Positions 38,033 to 48,466 of a stretch of DNA of 64,000 nucleotides are shown piece after piece. Made by a program: the position numbers and the translations under genes. Origin of the DNA: a virus; IMG/VR virus record IMGVR_UViG_3300036770_008686, positions 1-64,000 of that record. One strand, written 5' to 3'. The notes beneath the pieces are model-generated. The model had not been told where the DNA came from, ran no database searches, and saw only the letters and a list, made by a program, of their open reading frames with translations. Numbering within the stretch: position 1 is the first letter of the stretch; every line of letters begins with the position of its first letter.

Positions 38033-38516
38033 TGTTTTTCACATAATTTTTAGGCTTGATATAATTTGAACCCATCATTCTTATGAAAGTTCTAGTTCCA
38101 GTTTTCTTGCAAACAACGCCCTTGTGGGGTTTTTTGCTATCGTATACAAAAAAATATTTTTCGGGTATTTCATAACAAGGCTTATCTTTGAGCAAAGATT
38201 CAAGTAGTTTATTTTGAAGATTTCTATCATCAGGAAAACTAGAAAAGTCTATTTTTTCATCACAAAAAATAGTTCTATTTGGACCTTCGCAATAAATGCA
38301 ATATTCATTATCTTTTTTATAATCGCCATCCAAGTGATATCTAACATCAACACAAGTTTTATCGCCAACTTTACAACTTTTTATCATCAAATCTACTAGG
38401 TAGCAACTAAAATTATTGTTAATTTTAGTCTTCATCTCTTCGACTATTTCTTTGTACTCATTAAACCTTTTAATGAATTTACAGTAATCAAAATCTTTTA
38501 CAAAAATTTCATTCAT
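38025..38516 (-). CDS. Hypothetical protein
   Basis: ORF tiling. Confidence 0.6.
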   Translation of the reverse strand: MNEIFVKDFDYCKFIKRFNEYKEIVEEMKTKINNNFSCYLVDLMIKSCKVGDKTCVDVRYHLDGDYKKDNEYCIYCEGPNRTIFCDEKIDFSSFPDDRNLQNKLLESLLKDKPCYEIPEKYFFVYDSKKPHKGVVCKKTGTRTFIRMMGSNYIKPKNYVKNNA

Positions 38517-39274
38517 TTTTCAAAAGAAGCTAAGTAGAGATTTAAAAAATGCTTCTCACGACCAGTTAAACCATCTTTTTCAAAAGCCTTCATTCTAAAA
38601 TAGTTTTCTAAGTCTTTTGGCAACTTGTCTTTAAGAACATGTTTTGCGTAATAGTATGCATATTCTATGTTTTCTTTGAAACAATTTTCTTGATTCTTAT
38701 CGAGCTTATTAAAAACAGAATAAATAAGTGTTAAACGAGGATCAACACCTTTAAATCCACTGGTTTTTCTAATCAAGAGCTCTTTTAAAGCATTCCAATC
38801 ATTTTCAAAGTCATCAGGAACAACATCATCTCCGAGATGGTCATTATAAAAATGAGATTTATAAGAAAGTTCTTGAAAATCTTCTCTATTTAAAATATGA
38901 TCTCCATAATCATACATTAATCCAACTTCTTGAACGACTCTACCAATCAATTCTAATTCATCGCTAGAGACGATAAGATTTTTTTCTAGAACAGGCTCAA
39001 AACCTTCTGAATCATCAGGGTCATTGTTTAATATTGTTCCTTTTTCGTCTACAAAATAGTTGTAAGTATAAGGCTCTATATTTATAGTGTTCACGCTGTT
39101 CAGGCGAATATCATTAAAGTAGTTATTATCATTATACTCACTAGAAACACTAAACTCTAATGAATTAAGATTTTTTATTTCTTTGAACAAGAGATATAAA
39201 AGCTTACGCTTGATGTTCTCTTTTTCTTTTTCAAGAAAATTAACTAAATTTAAACCATTTATAATTTCAATCAT
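38513..39274 (-). CDS. Repeat family protein, paralog of 15383..16111
   Basis: EYNDNNYF; YAKHVLKDKLPKDLENYFRMK. Confidence 0.7.
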   Translation of the reverse strand: MIEIINGLNLVNFLEKEKENIKRKLLYLLFKEIKNLNSLEFSVSSEYNDNNYFNDIRLNSVNTINIEPYTYNYFVDEKGTILNNDPDDSEGFEPVLEKNLIVSSDELELIGRVVQEVGLMYDYGDHILNREDFQELSYKSHFYNDHLGDDVVPDDFENDWNALKELLIRKTSGFKGVDPRLTLIYSVFNKLDKNQENCFKENIEYAYYYAKHVLKDKLPKDLENYFRMKAFEKDGLTGREKHFLNLYLASFEK

Positions 39275-39276
39275 TT

Positions 39277-39834
39277 TTATTTAAGAAGTTTTTTAAGCTC
39301 TTTCCAGGTTCCTTGAACGGGCTTTTCTAAATTTTCCTTTTTTTCAATCTCTTCTTCTTTTTTAAATTCATTAAGATAGTCATCTAAGTTCTGTATTACT
39401 TCTTTTAAATCAGATCTAGGAAATCGAACAGAAACTAAAAACTTAAAATAATGTGGACCTTTGAAAGTTTCTATTATACAATCTTCATCAAAAGTACTTT
39501 CAACTCCATAATCAACTGGGTTAACACTATACTTCCAAAAAGTACTTTTTAAATTCTCTTCTTCAATGCTATCTTCGGGCACCCAGTGCTGTCTAATTCT
39601 GTTATACAAACAATCTATGTCTGGACTATACTTTGATACCACACTCAAGAATCTTTCGGCCTGATATGAGGATAAAAATTCAACCCAAACCCAACCTTTA
39701 GGAATATTATCTTCGCAAGAGTTGGTTGTTTTAATATTTAATTTTAATAACCTCTCCATAAGAGGGGCTATCCCCTCGTCTACTTCTAAAGAGACAAGAT
39801 CATGTTTTACCAAAACCTGTTTGTGCTCAGTCAT
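39277..39834 (-). CDS. Hypothetical phage protein
   Basis: EVDEGIAPL..L..L.IKTTNSCE motif. Confidence 0.65.
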   Translation of the reverse strand: MTEHKQVLVKHDLVSLEVDEGIAPLMERLLKLNIKTTNSCEDNIPKGWVWVEFLSSYQAERFLSVVSKYSPDIDCLYNRIRQHWVPEDSIEEENLKSTFWKYSVNPVDYGVESTFDEDCIIETFKGPHYFKFLVSVRFPRSDLKEVIQNLDDYLNEFKKEEEIEKKENLEKPVQGTWKELKKLLK

Positions 39835-39882
39835 TTATTGGCTATTTTATAAGAGTTGGTCACGATGAGGCGTGTTCGTGTT

Positions 39883-40482
39883 TCAAAAAGACTTTCCTTG
39901 TCTGTACCTTTCTCTTCTATACGACCTTCCGTTTCCCTTGTTTTTATTTTTATAGAAAGGAGTTGTAGCATCGCAATTAGAACATATCATTCTCAAATTA
40001 TCAAGTCGCCAATCTTCTGAATTGCCATTAATATGGTCGCATATCAACAAAATTGGCCTCCCCAACCAGGTGCTATTACCACACATATCACAACTATTTT
40101 TTGTTTCAAGTAAAAAACGACGAGCTTGCCTTATGCCTTCCACTTTTCCACTTTCGTTTATTTTATTTTTCTTAATTTGCCAACGATGTCTTGTTTGACA
40201 CTTTTGGGAGCAATATTTTTTTGCACTATTTCCCAATTGTTTTTCGCACAAAACACAAAGTTTAGTTTTCTTTTGTCTTTTTGTATTATTGAATTTAGCC
40301 GAACAAGATTTAGAGCAAAATTTGTTTTTTCTTAATTTATAATCTAACTCTGAGCCGCAGCACTCGCAATAGTTTGGATTTTTTAAATAAGATTCTTTAA
40401 GTGACTTCCATTTTGCTTCTAAAATCTTTTTGATTTTCTGATAGCCAATTTTTCCACATTCTGACGGACTTAATTTACACAT
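39883..40482 (-). CDS. HNH endonuclease
   Basis: FCSKSC Zn repeats, CDHINGN..DNLRMICSNCD. Confidence 0.9.
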   Translation of the reverse strand: MCKLSPSECGKIGYQKIKKILEAKWKSLKESYLKNPNYCECCGSELDYKLRKNKFCSKSCSAKFNNTKRQKKTKLCVLCEKQLGNSAKKYCSQKCQTRHRWQIKKNKINESGKVEGIRQARRFLLETKNSCDMCGNSTWLGRPILLICDHINGNSEDWRLDNLRMICSNCDATTPFYKNKNKGNGRSYRRERYRQGKSF

Positions 40483-40593
40483 ATAAGTGTATATAAGTAA
40501 ATGCCGTCAAATTTTTTCAAAAAACCTCATAAAGTTTTTAAAAAACAGATAGCACTGTTTCGAGTCCTGCTATCAGCGTGTTTTCATTTTTAT

Positions 40594-41439
40594 TTACACA
40601 CTTGTAAAAGTTTTTAAGGACATTTTTTTATGCATATATTCAGGTAGTTTTCCCCCTAAAACAGAAATAGCATAGGACAAGAGTAGATCATCGCTCTCAG
40701 AAATAGATTTTTCTCCTAGTTCAAATCTACCTTTTACGATTTCTTTTGCATATTTTAAAGAACAGTATCCGTCTAGTGCTATAGAACTCTCTCCTGCCGG
40801 AAAAATACCTTCTTTATAATTTAAAGCATAATCTAAGCTAGTATGTGCATTTTTACTAATGCCTTTTTCCACCATATCCAATATTTCTTCTGGAATTTTT
40901 TTGTTTAATATTTTTTCTAAATATGTGATTGTGTTTTTAGGATCTTCAAATATTGATTTTTCGCCTTCTACAAATCTTTTTTTTGTTATCAAAGAATAAC
41001 TTAAAGAGCAATCTGAATCTTTTGCTATCAAGGGAATGGCCTCAGGAATTTCTAGGATTGGATTTGCTCCACGACTTTTGATTCTATCAAAGTTTTGTTT
41101 GTCGCTTAGAAACCTGATATATTCTATAGCTAATTTCGCATTTTTTTTAGAGTTTTGATACCAACTTTGAATCAGCAAGTCTAAACTAGGGAAGGATTCT
41201 TTGTCATTTCGATTGATTAAAAAATAATTTTCAACGTATCTGTAGGAGTGTTTGGGACTCCTTATGTAAAGTATCCAGTTAACTGGGTCTGTGGCGGGTG
41301 ATGGATATTCATGAATTTCAAATTTTTTCAACTCTTTTTTTGCATCAACTTCTAAAGAGTGTATGGTTTCATCAACAAGATCGTTATCTATTTTTTCATT
41401 CTCAATAAACCTATAGTAAGCCTCTGCGTAAACACTCAT
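40594..41439 (-). CDS. YAxxxxKGRFxxGE repeat family protein
   Basis: YSLITKKRFVEGE, YAKEIVKGRFELGE, YAISVLGGKLP. Confidence 0.7.
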   Translation of the reverse strand: MSVYAEAYYRFIENEKIDNDLVDETIHSLEVDAKKELKKFEIHEYPSPATDPVNWILYIRSPKHSYRYVENYFLINRNDKESFPSLDLLIQSWYQNSKKNAKLAIEYIRFLSDKQNFDRIKSRGANPILEIPEAIPLIAKDSDCSLSYSLITKKRFVEGEKSIFEDPKNTITYLEKILNKKIPEEILDMVEKGISKNAHTSLDYALNYKEGIFPAGESSIALDGYCSLKYAKEIVKGRFELGEKSISESDDLLLSYAISVLGGKLPEYMHKKMSLKTFTSV

Positions 41440-41621
41440 TTCACTTTCTCGTAATTTTTTCTTTTTTGTATATCCTTTAATATTTCGTTGTATGTCTCCA
41501 CAACAGTGTCACAACTTTGGGTTTTATCTTCTAGATTCTTTTTCCAAAAATAACTTTTTCCAATCCTACGCACAGAATATGCGTTTTCAAGACACAACTT
41601 TTCTAGTTGCCAGTACTTCAT
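41436..41621 (-). CDS. Hypothetical protein
   Basis: Resembles 9665..9880 in size and pattern (W..L/V.K....N.Y.V). Confidence 0.55.
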   Translation of the reverse strand: MKYWQLEKLCLENAYSVRRIGKSYFWKKNLEDKTQSCDTVVETYNEILKDIQKRKNYEKVK

Positions 41622-41622
41622 G

Positions 41623-41982
41623 CTAGATAACTCCGGCTAACACCAAAGCACTCTTAACAGTATTTGTATCACAATCTTCGCAGTAGCCTTGAGAACAATC
41701 CGGTTCTACTTCTGTAGTATAGGTGCAATCTTTATTTGTGCAAATACCAGGGCAAACACTATCAATGCTTGCTTCTTCAAGCAAATCCATTACATCCAAA
41801 CCTTCAATATCAGCTAAGTCTTTTAATTTAGACATTTTACTTTCCTTTCTCTTTTCCATTTCTTCTAAAACTAAAACTTCGTAACTAGGCACATACTCTT
41901 TTTCGTGATAAGGTTTAATTTTTTGACAAGCATACCAAAACCTTTGAATTGTTTCGTCGTCGTACTTTGACAAATCTCCCAT
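41623..41982 (-). CDS. Hypothetical Zn-binding phage protein
   Basis: DSVCPGIC..C.YTTEVEPD...GYCEDC. Confidence 0.65.
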   Translation of the reverse strand: MGDLSKYDDETIQRFWYACQKIKPYHEKEYVPSYEVLVLEEMEKRKESKMSKLKDLADIEGLDVMDLLEEASIDSVCPGICTNKDCTYTTEVEPDCSQGYCEDCDTNTVKSALVLAGVI

Positions 41983-42026
41983 AATGGGCTGCGTACCTGC
42001 TTCCTATTTGAAATTAGTTTAAATTT

Positions 42027-42632
42027 TCAATCCCACCAAAAGCGAAAAACTTTAGTGTTTGGGTTTAATGGTATGTTTTTTGGGAAAATATTATTATTGA
42101 CAACGACAATGTAGTTGTTTCCTTCACAAGAATTATAAATTCTTCCGACACTATTAATTAATACTAGATTGCACTCATCTACAAGCATTTTTTTTGAAAT
42201 ATAACTTGAAGTTTGAAAGCTACTTTTTATTGTTTTTTGACTCTTAGTGCTAGGCTTTAGTGTTGATCCGTAGAACTTGTGTGGCTCAAATTCCGAATAA
42301 TTATTACTTTCAATATCTTCTAAAACGCTTTTTTCTTCTCTGCTTAATTTTGAAACAAAATAAATAGCAACACTACCTTCTCTTGCTATATAGACTTCTC
42401 CATTTTCATCTATTTCCTTTAAGTTTTCTAGAATATTTGGAGTGAAATTATTGTATCCGGTCATACACTCATTCAAAATGTCTATTGCTGTGTCAATACA
42501 AACTGGATTGTTTGAGCAGTAGTCCAACTGTCTTATTTTGCAAGCAACATCAAAGTCTAAAGTGCAATCAGAATATACTTTTTTGACTTCTTGATATATG
42601 CGTAAAAACTTTTGTAATTTATTTTTATTCAT
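42027..42632 (-). CDS. Hypothetical protein
   Basis: ORF; ends FRFWWD. Confidence 0.6.
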   Translation of the reverse strand: MNKNKLQKFLRIYQEVKKVYSDCTLDFDVACKIRQLDYCSNNPVCIDTAIDILNECMTGYNNFTPNILENLKEIDENGEVYIAREGSVAIYFVSKLSREEKSVLEDIESNNYSEFEPHKFYGSTLKPSTKSQKTIKSSFQTSSYISKKMLVDECNLVLINSVGRIYNSCEGNNYIVVVNNNIFPKNIPLNPNTKVFRFWWD

Positions 42633-43177
42633 GTAGAAAATTGTATCGGATTAACTATAGTGTGTTTCTTTTTTGGAGTCTTTTTAAGAGACTTAAAGGG
42701 TCTGTACGTGGCGTACTTGTCTTGCTTTACTCCGTATACACTAACAATAAAATCTCTTGAAAAATTTACTTTTTTAAGTTGAAGCATTTGAAGCATATAA
42801 TTACTTCTCTCTTTTTTGAATAAATTTTTATAGTAATTCATATGCTTACTTCTTATATTGAATAGTATTTGTTTGTAGTTTTCTTCTTTACAAAAAACAA
42901 TATTCACCCCATCTTTTGATCTAAAAACAACTGCGTAGTCGGAGCCTCCTTTTATTAATTTTCTATAAATCTTTTCAACAACACTATAGTTTTTAACAAC
43001 TTTAGTGTTGTGAAGCTTTATTTGAAATCCATTTCTATTTTCCTTGACCACAGAAGAATCAAGGTTAATCAAAGATATTCTTTGAGAAACAAATTCTTCG
43101 AATTCTTTAGTTGGCAAAACAAAAGAACTCAGAAGACTTTTGTTAAAATTGGTTTTGGGCTTTTCCGTTGCCACCAT
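42629..43177 (-). CDS. Hypothetical basic protein
   Basis: AGGA RBS; ORF tiling. Confidence 0.6.
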   Translation of the reverse strand: MVATEKPKTNFNKSLLSSFVLPTKEFEEFVSQRISLINLDSSVVKENRNGFQIKLHNTKVVKNYSVVEKIYRKLIKGGSDYAVVFRSKDGVNIVFCKEENYKQILFNIRSKHMNYYKNLFKKERSNYMLQMLQLKKVNFSRDFIVSVYGVKQDKYATYRPFKSLKKTPKKKHTIVNPIQFST

Positions 43178-43364
43178 AAGCCTTTTTCCTTTTTAATTTA
43201 ATCTCGTGGCAATTTGGTTGCCACGAACAACTCTATTGACTGTTGCTGAGTCTCAACCCCGTTTTGCTAAAAGAGCAACCTTAAAAGCAAAACATTAGTC
43301 AAACATTTTTGACTAACAAGGATGGGCCAACCAAATCTTGAACGTACTCGGATAGATTTTTTAA

Positions 43365-43763
43365 TTACTTTTTAACAACCTCATAATCATGTTCTTTTTG
43401 ACAAAAATCGCACAAGGTGTCTACCCAATTTCCTCTTTTACAATAATTTCCTTTTTTCCCGCAAAATTCACAGACATTATAAGAAAAGCTTTCAGCCATG
43501 TTTACAATTCCACTAATATACTCATCGCCGCCAGAGTAATATAGTCTAAGTCCGGCAAACTTTGATTTAATTTGAGTCCAATAGAAATCTATTTTTTTAT
43601 TTTTTGAATCAAGATGATCTAAATGATTCTGAATAAGAGAACATGCTGTGTGTATCAGGTCCGACCAACCTTCTCTGCATTCTATACCACTAGGTCCATA
43701 TTTAGAACCTATATTTTTAAATTGTTCAGGGAACTTTTGTTTAAAATTTTCAAAAACTTCCAT
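43365..43763 (-). CDS. Conserved hypothetical phage protein
   Basis: CREGWSDLI..QIKSKFAGLRLY..CEFCG..TLC. Confidence 0.7.
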   Translation of the reverse strand: MEVFENFKQKFPEQFKNIGSKYGPSGIECREGWSDLIHTACSLIQNHLDHLDSKNKKIDFYWTQIKSKFAGLRLYYSGGDEYISGIVNMAESFSYNVCEFCGKKGNYCKRGNWVDTLCDFCQKEHDYEVVKK

Positions 43764-43858
43764 GCTTTAACCCCTTAAAATAAAAATTTTTAGTCTTACA
43801 AAAAATTTTAAAATCTACGGAAGGCTAATTAAAGGGATACCCGCAACCCTAGCGATGC

Positions 43859-44503
43859 TTAGCCTAATTTTGTTGTTTCTAGTTCGTCCAAACAAATGAA
43901 ATCTGTTTTATTAATGGTCATTTTCCAAGATTTATGGTAATGACCAAAAATCCAAATTTTTGGTTGATGAATATTAAATAATTCATTTAAAGCCCAGCTT
44001 GTATTGTTTTCATATATCCTGCTTCCAGGCGGCAGTAAGTATGGTATAAGCTCTATTGGGCAATCATGAGTTAAAACGATATCCGGCTTTATTGAGCGAT
44101 AAAGTTCTCTAGCTTTCATAAATTCTTCTATATTTAACTGTTCTTTTTCCCACCAATCTATTCCTATGGTACGATACATTCTATCTATACTATAGGCTCC
44201 TCTATAGTGAAAAAAATCTATTCCGTGGAAATTTACTGTGTGTCCGAAGTCGCCTAAATAATTTGGAACTTTTTCAACAATATCATAATTATCATGATTT
44301 CCTCCTATGAAAACGTGTTTCGTAGGATCAACATTTTTTAGAGTTTCGTAATCAAACCCAAAATCCCCCAATTGGACAGAGTTTGGATTCTTATTTTTTT
44401 CTCTTATTATTTCGTGATATCTACGATATTTGCCGTGAACATCACCTATGATTGTAACACTCATCGAAAAATTATACAATGTTGGTTGGAAAAAATCAAG
44501 CAA
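43859..44503 (-). CDS. Calcineurin-like metallophosphoesterase
   Basis: IGDVHG, QLGDFG, GGNHD, THDCP, FGHYH. Confidence 0.92.
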   Translation of the reverse strand: MLDFFQPTLYNFSMSVTIIGDVHGKYRRYHEIIREKNKNPNSVQLGDFGFDYETLKNVDPTKHVFIGGNHDNYDIVEKVPNYLGDFGHTVNFHGIDFFHYRGAYSIDRMYRTIGIDWWEKEQLNIEEFMKARELYRSIKPDIVLTHDCPIELIPYLLPPGSRIYENNTSWALNELFNIHQPKIWIFGHYHKSWKMTINKTDFICLDELETTKLG

Positions 44504-44515
44504 AAAAACCGGAAC

Positions 44516-44899
44516 TTATTTAAGAAATTTAAGCTTATAAATTGTTTTATATGTTAAAGAAACAATCTCATCTAATATGTTTTGTAGATGATTTTCTTTT
44601 AAAGTTTCTCTAAAAACTTTTACTTTGCCACAAAAATCTTCTAAGTAAGAAACCATATCATCACAGTCGTTTGCAACCATTTTTAAATTGGTTAAGAGAC
44701 CATATTGGCCTTGATAGGTTTCCACAAAGTTATCTATATGATTTAAAAGATCGTTATAAAAATTTTCTAATGCTTTATGTTCGCTATAGCTTTTAGTTTT
44801 TAGGTGATAGTTATGAGAAACTTGCCTTGCTTCGAACATCTTTTCGACAAATTTGTTTATTTCTTTATTTTTAAATTCTTTTATATTTAACATAATCAT
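44516..44899 (-). CDS. Ferritin/Dps-like four-helix protein (DUF5856-like)
   Basis: HNYHLKTKSYSEHKAL..Y..L...ID.FVETYQG..NILDEI. Confidence 0.7.
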   Translation of the reverse strand: MIMLNIKEFKNKEINKFVEKMFEARQVSHNYHLKTKSYSEHKALENFYNDLLNHIDNFVETYQGQYGLLTNLKMVANDCDDMVSYLEDFCGKVKVFRETLKENHLQNILDEIVSLTYKTIYKLKFLK

Positions 44900-45414
44900 C
44901 TTTCATAATTAAACTTGATAAAATCTTTTTTGTATATTTTATATATTATATTTTTGTCTTTTTTAGTCAATTGATAATCATTTTTTTTTGTTGCATTCAT
45001 AACAGGCAATTGTTTTTTTTCCATTTTTAAAAATTCCATTAATTTATTAAAATCTTCTTGAAGATTTTCAAACCTGCCAATAAAGTCGGCACCATTAGGA
45101 AGCCAAAAACTTTGTGGCTTAAAGTGTTTTTGGTATTTTGAAGCAAAAAGAAGATTTTCTTTAATGAAATCTTCTAATTCATAATTTCTTAAAAAAAACC
45201 TCTTGTCTTTTAAATCATAATTATTACATCCGCCATTTTTTAAAAAGCGAAAACAACTTAAAAATCTATCGTAAGGATTTCTTACAAAAGAAAAAACAAA
45301 CGAGTTTTGATGTTTTCTTTTGTTGACAACCTTGTGTCCATTAATTGGCAAGCCCAACGTGCTGTTTATGCTTATTCCGCCTGTTTTTGGTATATGACAA
45401 AAAATATATTCCAC
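44896..45414 (-). CDS. Sulfotransferase family 2 protein
   Basis: HIPKTGGIS 5'-PAPS loop; SFVRNPYDRFLS 3'-PB motif. Confidence 0.85.
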   Translation of the reverse strand: MEYIFCHIPKTGGISINSTLGLPINGHKVVNKRKHQNSFVFSFVRNPYDRFLSCFRFLKNGGCNNYDLKDKRFFLRNYELEDFIKENLLFASKYQKHFKPQSFWLPNGADFIGRFENLQEDFNKLMEFLKMEKKQLPVMNATKKNDYQLTKKDKNIIYKIYKKDFIKFNYER

Positions 45415-45421
45415 AAAGTAT

Positions 45422-45733
45422 TTAGTTATATGTTCTTTTGAATTCTATATTATTTTTTGAACAAAAAGTGTCTGTCGGCAATATAGAGTTTTCTTCTTCT
45501 TTAAACCCGCTTATATAGTTCATTTTCTCCAACCAAGAAAATAGTAAGTTTTCAAATCTTATTTGCTTGTGATATCTTGAATTAAATTTAAAACTTGAAA
45601 TATCTATTTCTATATCATTTATTTTAACTTTGATTTGATCTAATATTTCATTGTAAAATACAAAATTTTTTTTACTTGGATATGTTATTTCTATTTTTTT
45701 AATTTTTTCAAACAGTATTAAATTTTTATTCAT
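45422..45733 (-). CDS. Hypothetical protein
   Basis: ORF tiling. Confidence 0.5.
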   Translation of the reverse strand: MNKNLILFEKIKKIEITYPSKKNFVFYNEILDQIKVKINDIEIDISSFKFNSRYHKQIRFENLLFSWLEKMNYISGFKEEENSILPTDTFCSKNNIEFKRTYN

Positions 45734-45996
45734 ATTCTTCCACTATAATTTTGTACTTTTTGTTTTTAACATAATCCTCCTTGTTTTTGGTCACTAGCCT
45801 TAATTTTTCATGAAGCTCATTTTCAAAAATATGAATAACTTCTTCTGGTTTTACTAACTCGCAAACTTTAATAAAGTTTATTGACTTTTTAGACATTCAA
45901 TACACCTATTATAAATCAAGTGTATTATAAAAAAAATAACCGACATGTCAAGGACATGTCGGTTTTAAAAAACCAATTTGATTTTTTAGAAGAAGA

Positions 45997-46275
45997 TCAC
46001 TTCTTCTTGCTAATCCGCTCAAGGATAGCCTTGGCGTCCTCGATAAGCGTGCTCTTGCGAACACCGCCCTTAAAACGAGGAATCTCCATCTCAACACCAG
46101 CCTCCTTAAACTTCTTGCGAAGTTGAGAAAGACGAACGGAAACGCTCGCCGGCTTAAGATTAAGATCCTTGGCACACTCCTCAACAGTCTTGCCAGCAGC
46201 AGCGTGCTTGGCAACACTCTCAAGGAAACGATCAAGAGGCACCGCCTCCTGTTCCTTAACACGTGGCATTTTCAT
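45997..46275 (-). CDS. HTH-like small protein, distant paralog of 22106..22432
   Basis: VEECAKDLNLKPASVSVR..R.KF...G.....P; TATAAATA + GGAG upstream; hairpin terminator 45938-45964. Confidence 0.75.
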   Translation of the reverse strand: MKMPRVKEQEAVPLDRFLESVAKHAAAGKTVEECAKDLNLKPASVSVRLSQLRKKFKEAGVEMEIPRFKGGVRKSTLIEDAKAILERISKKK

Positions 46276-46413
46276 GCTCTCCTATTTATAACCAACGGTT
46301 GCTGCCAACAACGTGTTAGCGACCACAACCACTCACAACCCTATAACGTACCAGATCAGTATTGTAAATATTTTTCAAATATTGTTTGAATTTATATTTT
46401 ATGACTTTTAAAT

Positions 46414-46447
46414 AAAAAACCCAGCATGGGTCACATGCTGGGTTTTT
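46414..46447 (-). terminator. Rho-independent terminator
   Basis: AAAAACCCAGCATG/CATGCTGGGTTTTT. Confidence 0.75.
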
Positions 46448-46578
46448 GTGTTTCGTATTCTCTTGCTTAGGAAATGATGAAAACTAAGCAGTCTAGGATT
46501 ATATCACCAGTTTTTGCTGACATCATTCTTCTTAGCAGGTTTTAAAACTGGCAATAAAAACACAAATTATGTATGCAT

Positions 46579-48435
46579 TTAATTGTATATTCTAATGTTT
46601 TTATTGCAGATCTGTTTTAAGAATCTTGTTATAATGCCGACAGAAGAATCTACATCATCTAATACAACAAAATTATTTTTTCCATATAATCTCCTTCCAG
46701 TACCTTCCTCAAAGGCACTACACACACCTATGCCATAAACTTCTGTTTCTAACTTAGATCTAATCATATTACAAACATTGTTTACGTGTTTTTCTGCACT
46801 TTCTCCGCCATAATAACTACCGCTAGGCTCTCCATCAGATATATGAAATAGTATTCTTCTGGTGTCAGGGTAATCTAGGTAAAACTTTTTAGCTACCAAC
46901 TCTATAGCAAGTCCATCTATATTTTCACTTTTAGCTTCTATCCGAACACAAGATTCTATTTTGTTATTTCTTGGAGTATAATACTCTGTTATTAAGCAAC
47001 CATCTACACTAGATGTTTCTGCTGTGTGTCCATATATGGATATAGGGAAATACTCTCTCAAACCTTCCGATAGGGCTATGGTGGCATTTATTGCCTCGAC
47101 ATATTTATCATCCATAGATCCACTTTCGTCAACCAACAGACAAACAGATATCTTTTTTTGTGATAAAACATCTGTTTTACTCATCACTCTATCGTCATTC
47201 ATTCTTAATTTATAAAGATTGTTTTCATCTATATCGCCAGAAAAGTGTCCATAAGAACTCACAGATAACTTATTGTTTATAAAGTAAAAGTTATTTTTAA
47301 TTCCCATTATTACATTTTTTAAGTCACTAACTTTTTGTAAGTATTCACTTTTATGTGAATCGTTAGCGCTTTTAATAACAAACTTATTTTTAAGATTGGC
47401 AATGGAACATTCATCGCAATCGACCAGAGAATCAGAATCTCTGCTAGTTGTCAGTTCAGATAAACGACAATCAACCTTATTAGAAACTTCCGCTCCGAAC
47501 AATTGTTCGTCGCATATTTTAAATTCGTTTATTTTAAGACGAGAGTTGCTAAAACCTCCACCAAATTCAGAATCAGATTTTGAAATCTTTTGATTTAAAA
47601 TTTTACTTATTTCTCTAACAATTTCGTTACAAGCTTTGAATCTTTGTTTTTCTGTGTCTTCTTTGCTTAAAATATTTTCCGCTATATCTAAACAAGCATC
47701 GTAAACATCTGGTATTTCCACGCTATTGTGTTCATGAACAAGATTCCACGATATGCCTAGAATTGCAGCATCTAAACTAGGGCTCTCTACGGAACTATCT
47801 AAAAACGCCTGAACTTTTATTTTGTCTGAGCTGCTATAGTCTATTTCTTTGACAACGTGCGGCATAAATCCACACCAATTGTTTTCAATAAAGTTTTTAG
47901 CAATATTTGTTTCTAACGACTCCCAAAGCTTAGAAATAAATATTCCAAATTTGCTATCTACTGAGTTTTTAAAAGCCTGAGATCTAGAGAAATCTTCTTT
48001 TGTTATTTGGCTGTGTAAAATTTTATAAAGATATACTTTCCCCGTAAGTATATCCACCATTTCCTCTTTAACCACAGGACCAATATCTGATTCTTCTAGT
48101 AAACTATTTGGCGACAAATAAACAAAATCACTTTCAGGTGAATTGTAGTTCTCGCCATTGCTCCACTTAACCTTTAAAAGTTTATCAGAGTTTATAACAT
48201 TTATACTAGTTTGTAACTGTTCTAGTAGTTTCTTATAGGCTATTTCTTTTTTGTCTTTTTTCTTGTCGAGCCAAGAATAGCCCCAATCGTAGTGACCTAA
48301 CTTTTCCATCCAACCCCTTGTGGGGTTTTTGTATGAGCTAGTCCACCAGCCTGAAGACTCTTTTTCTTCTTTATAAAAAGAATCTTTTGTTTTATATTTT
48401 TCAAGCCACCAATAATTTTTTTTAGTCTTAGCCAA
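46579..48435 (-). CDS. CobT/NorD-like vWA domain protein
   Basis: C-terminal LLVDESGSM MIDAS, ENIDG, ISDGEP; next to AAA ATPase. Confidence 0.8.
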   Translation of the reverse strand: MAKTKKNYWWLEKYKTKDSFYKEEKESSGWWTSSYKNPTRGWMEKLGHYDWGYSWLDKKKDKKEIAYKKLLEQLQTSINVINSDKLLKVKWSNGENYNSPESDFVYLSPNSLLEESDIGPVVKEEMVDILTGKVYLYKILHSQITKEDFSRSQAFKNSVDSKFGIFISKLWESLETNIAKNFIENNWCGFMPHVVKEIDYSSSDKIKVQAFLDSSVESPSLDAAILGISWNLVHEHNSVEIPDVYDACLDIAENILSKEDTEKQRFKACNEIVREISKILNQKISKSDSEFGGGFSNSRLKINEFKICDEQLFGAEVSNKVDCRLSELTTSRDSDSLVDCDECSIANLKNKFVIKSANDSHKSEYLQKVSDLKNVIMGIKNNFYFINNKLSVSSYGHFSGDIDENNLYKLRMNDDRVMSKTDVLSQKKISVCLLVDESGSMDDKYVEAINATIALSEGLREYFPISIYGHTAETSSVDGCLITEYYTPRNNKIESCVRIEAKSENIDGLAIELVAKKFYLDYPDTRRILFHISDGEPSGSYYGGESAEKHVNNVCNMIRSKLETEVYGIGVCSAFEEGTGRRLYGKNNFVVLDDVDSSVGIITRFLKQICNKNIRIYN

Positions 48436-48466
48436 GATAAACTCCTTTTAAAATGCTTGTTTTATT

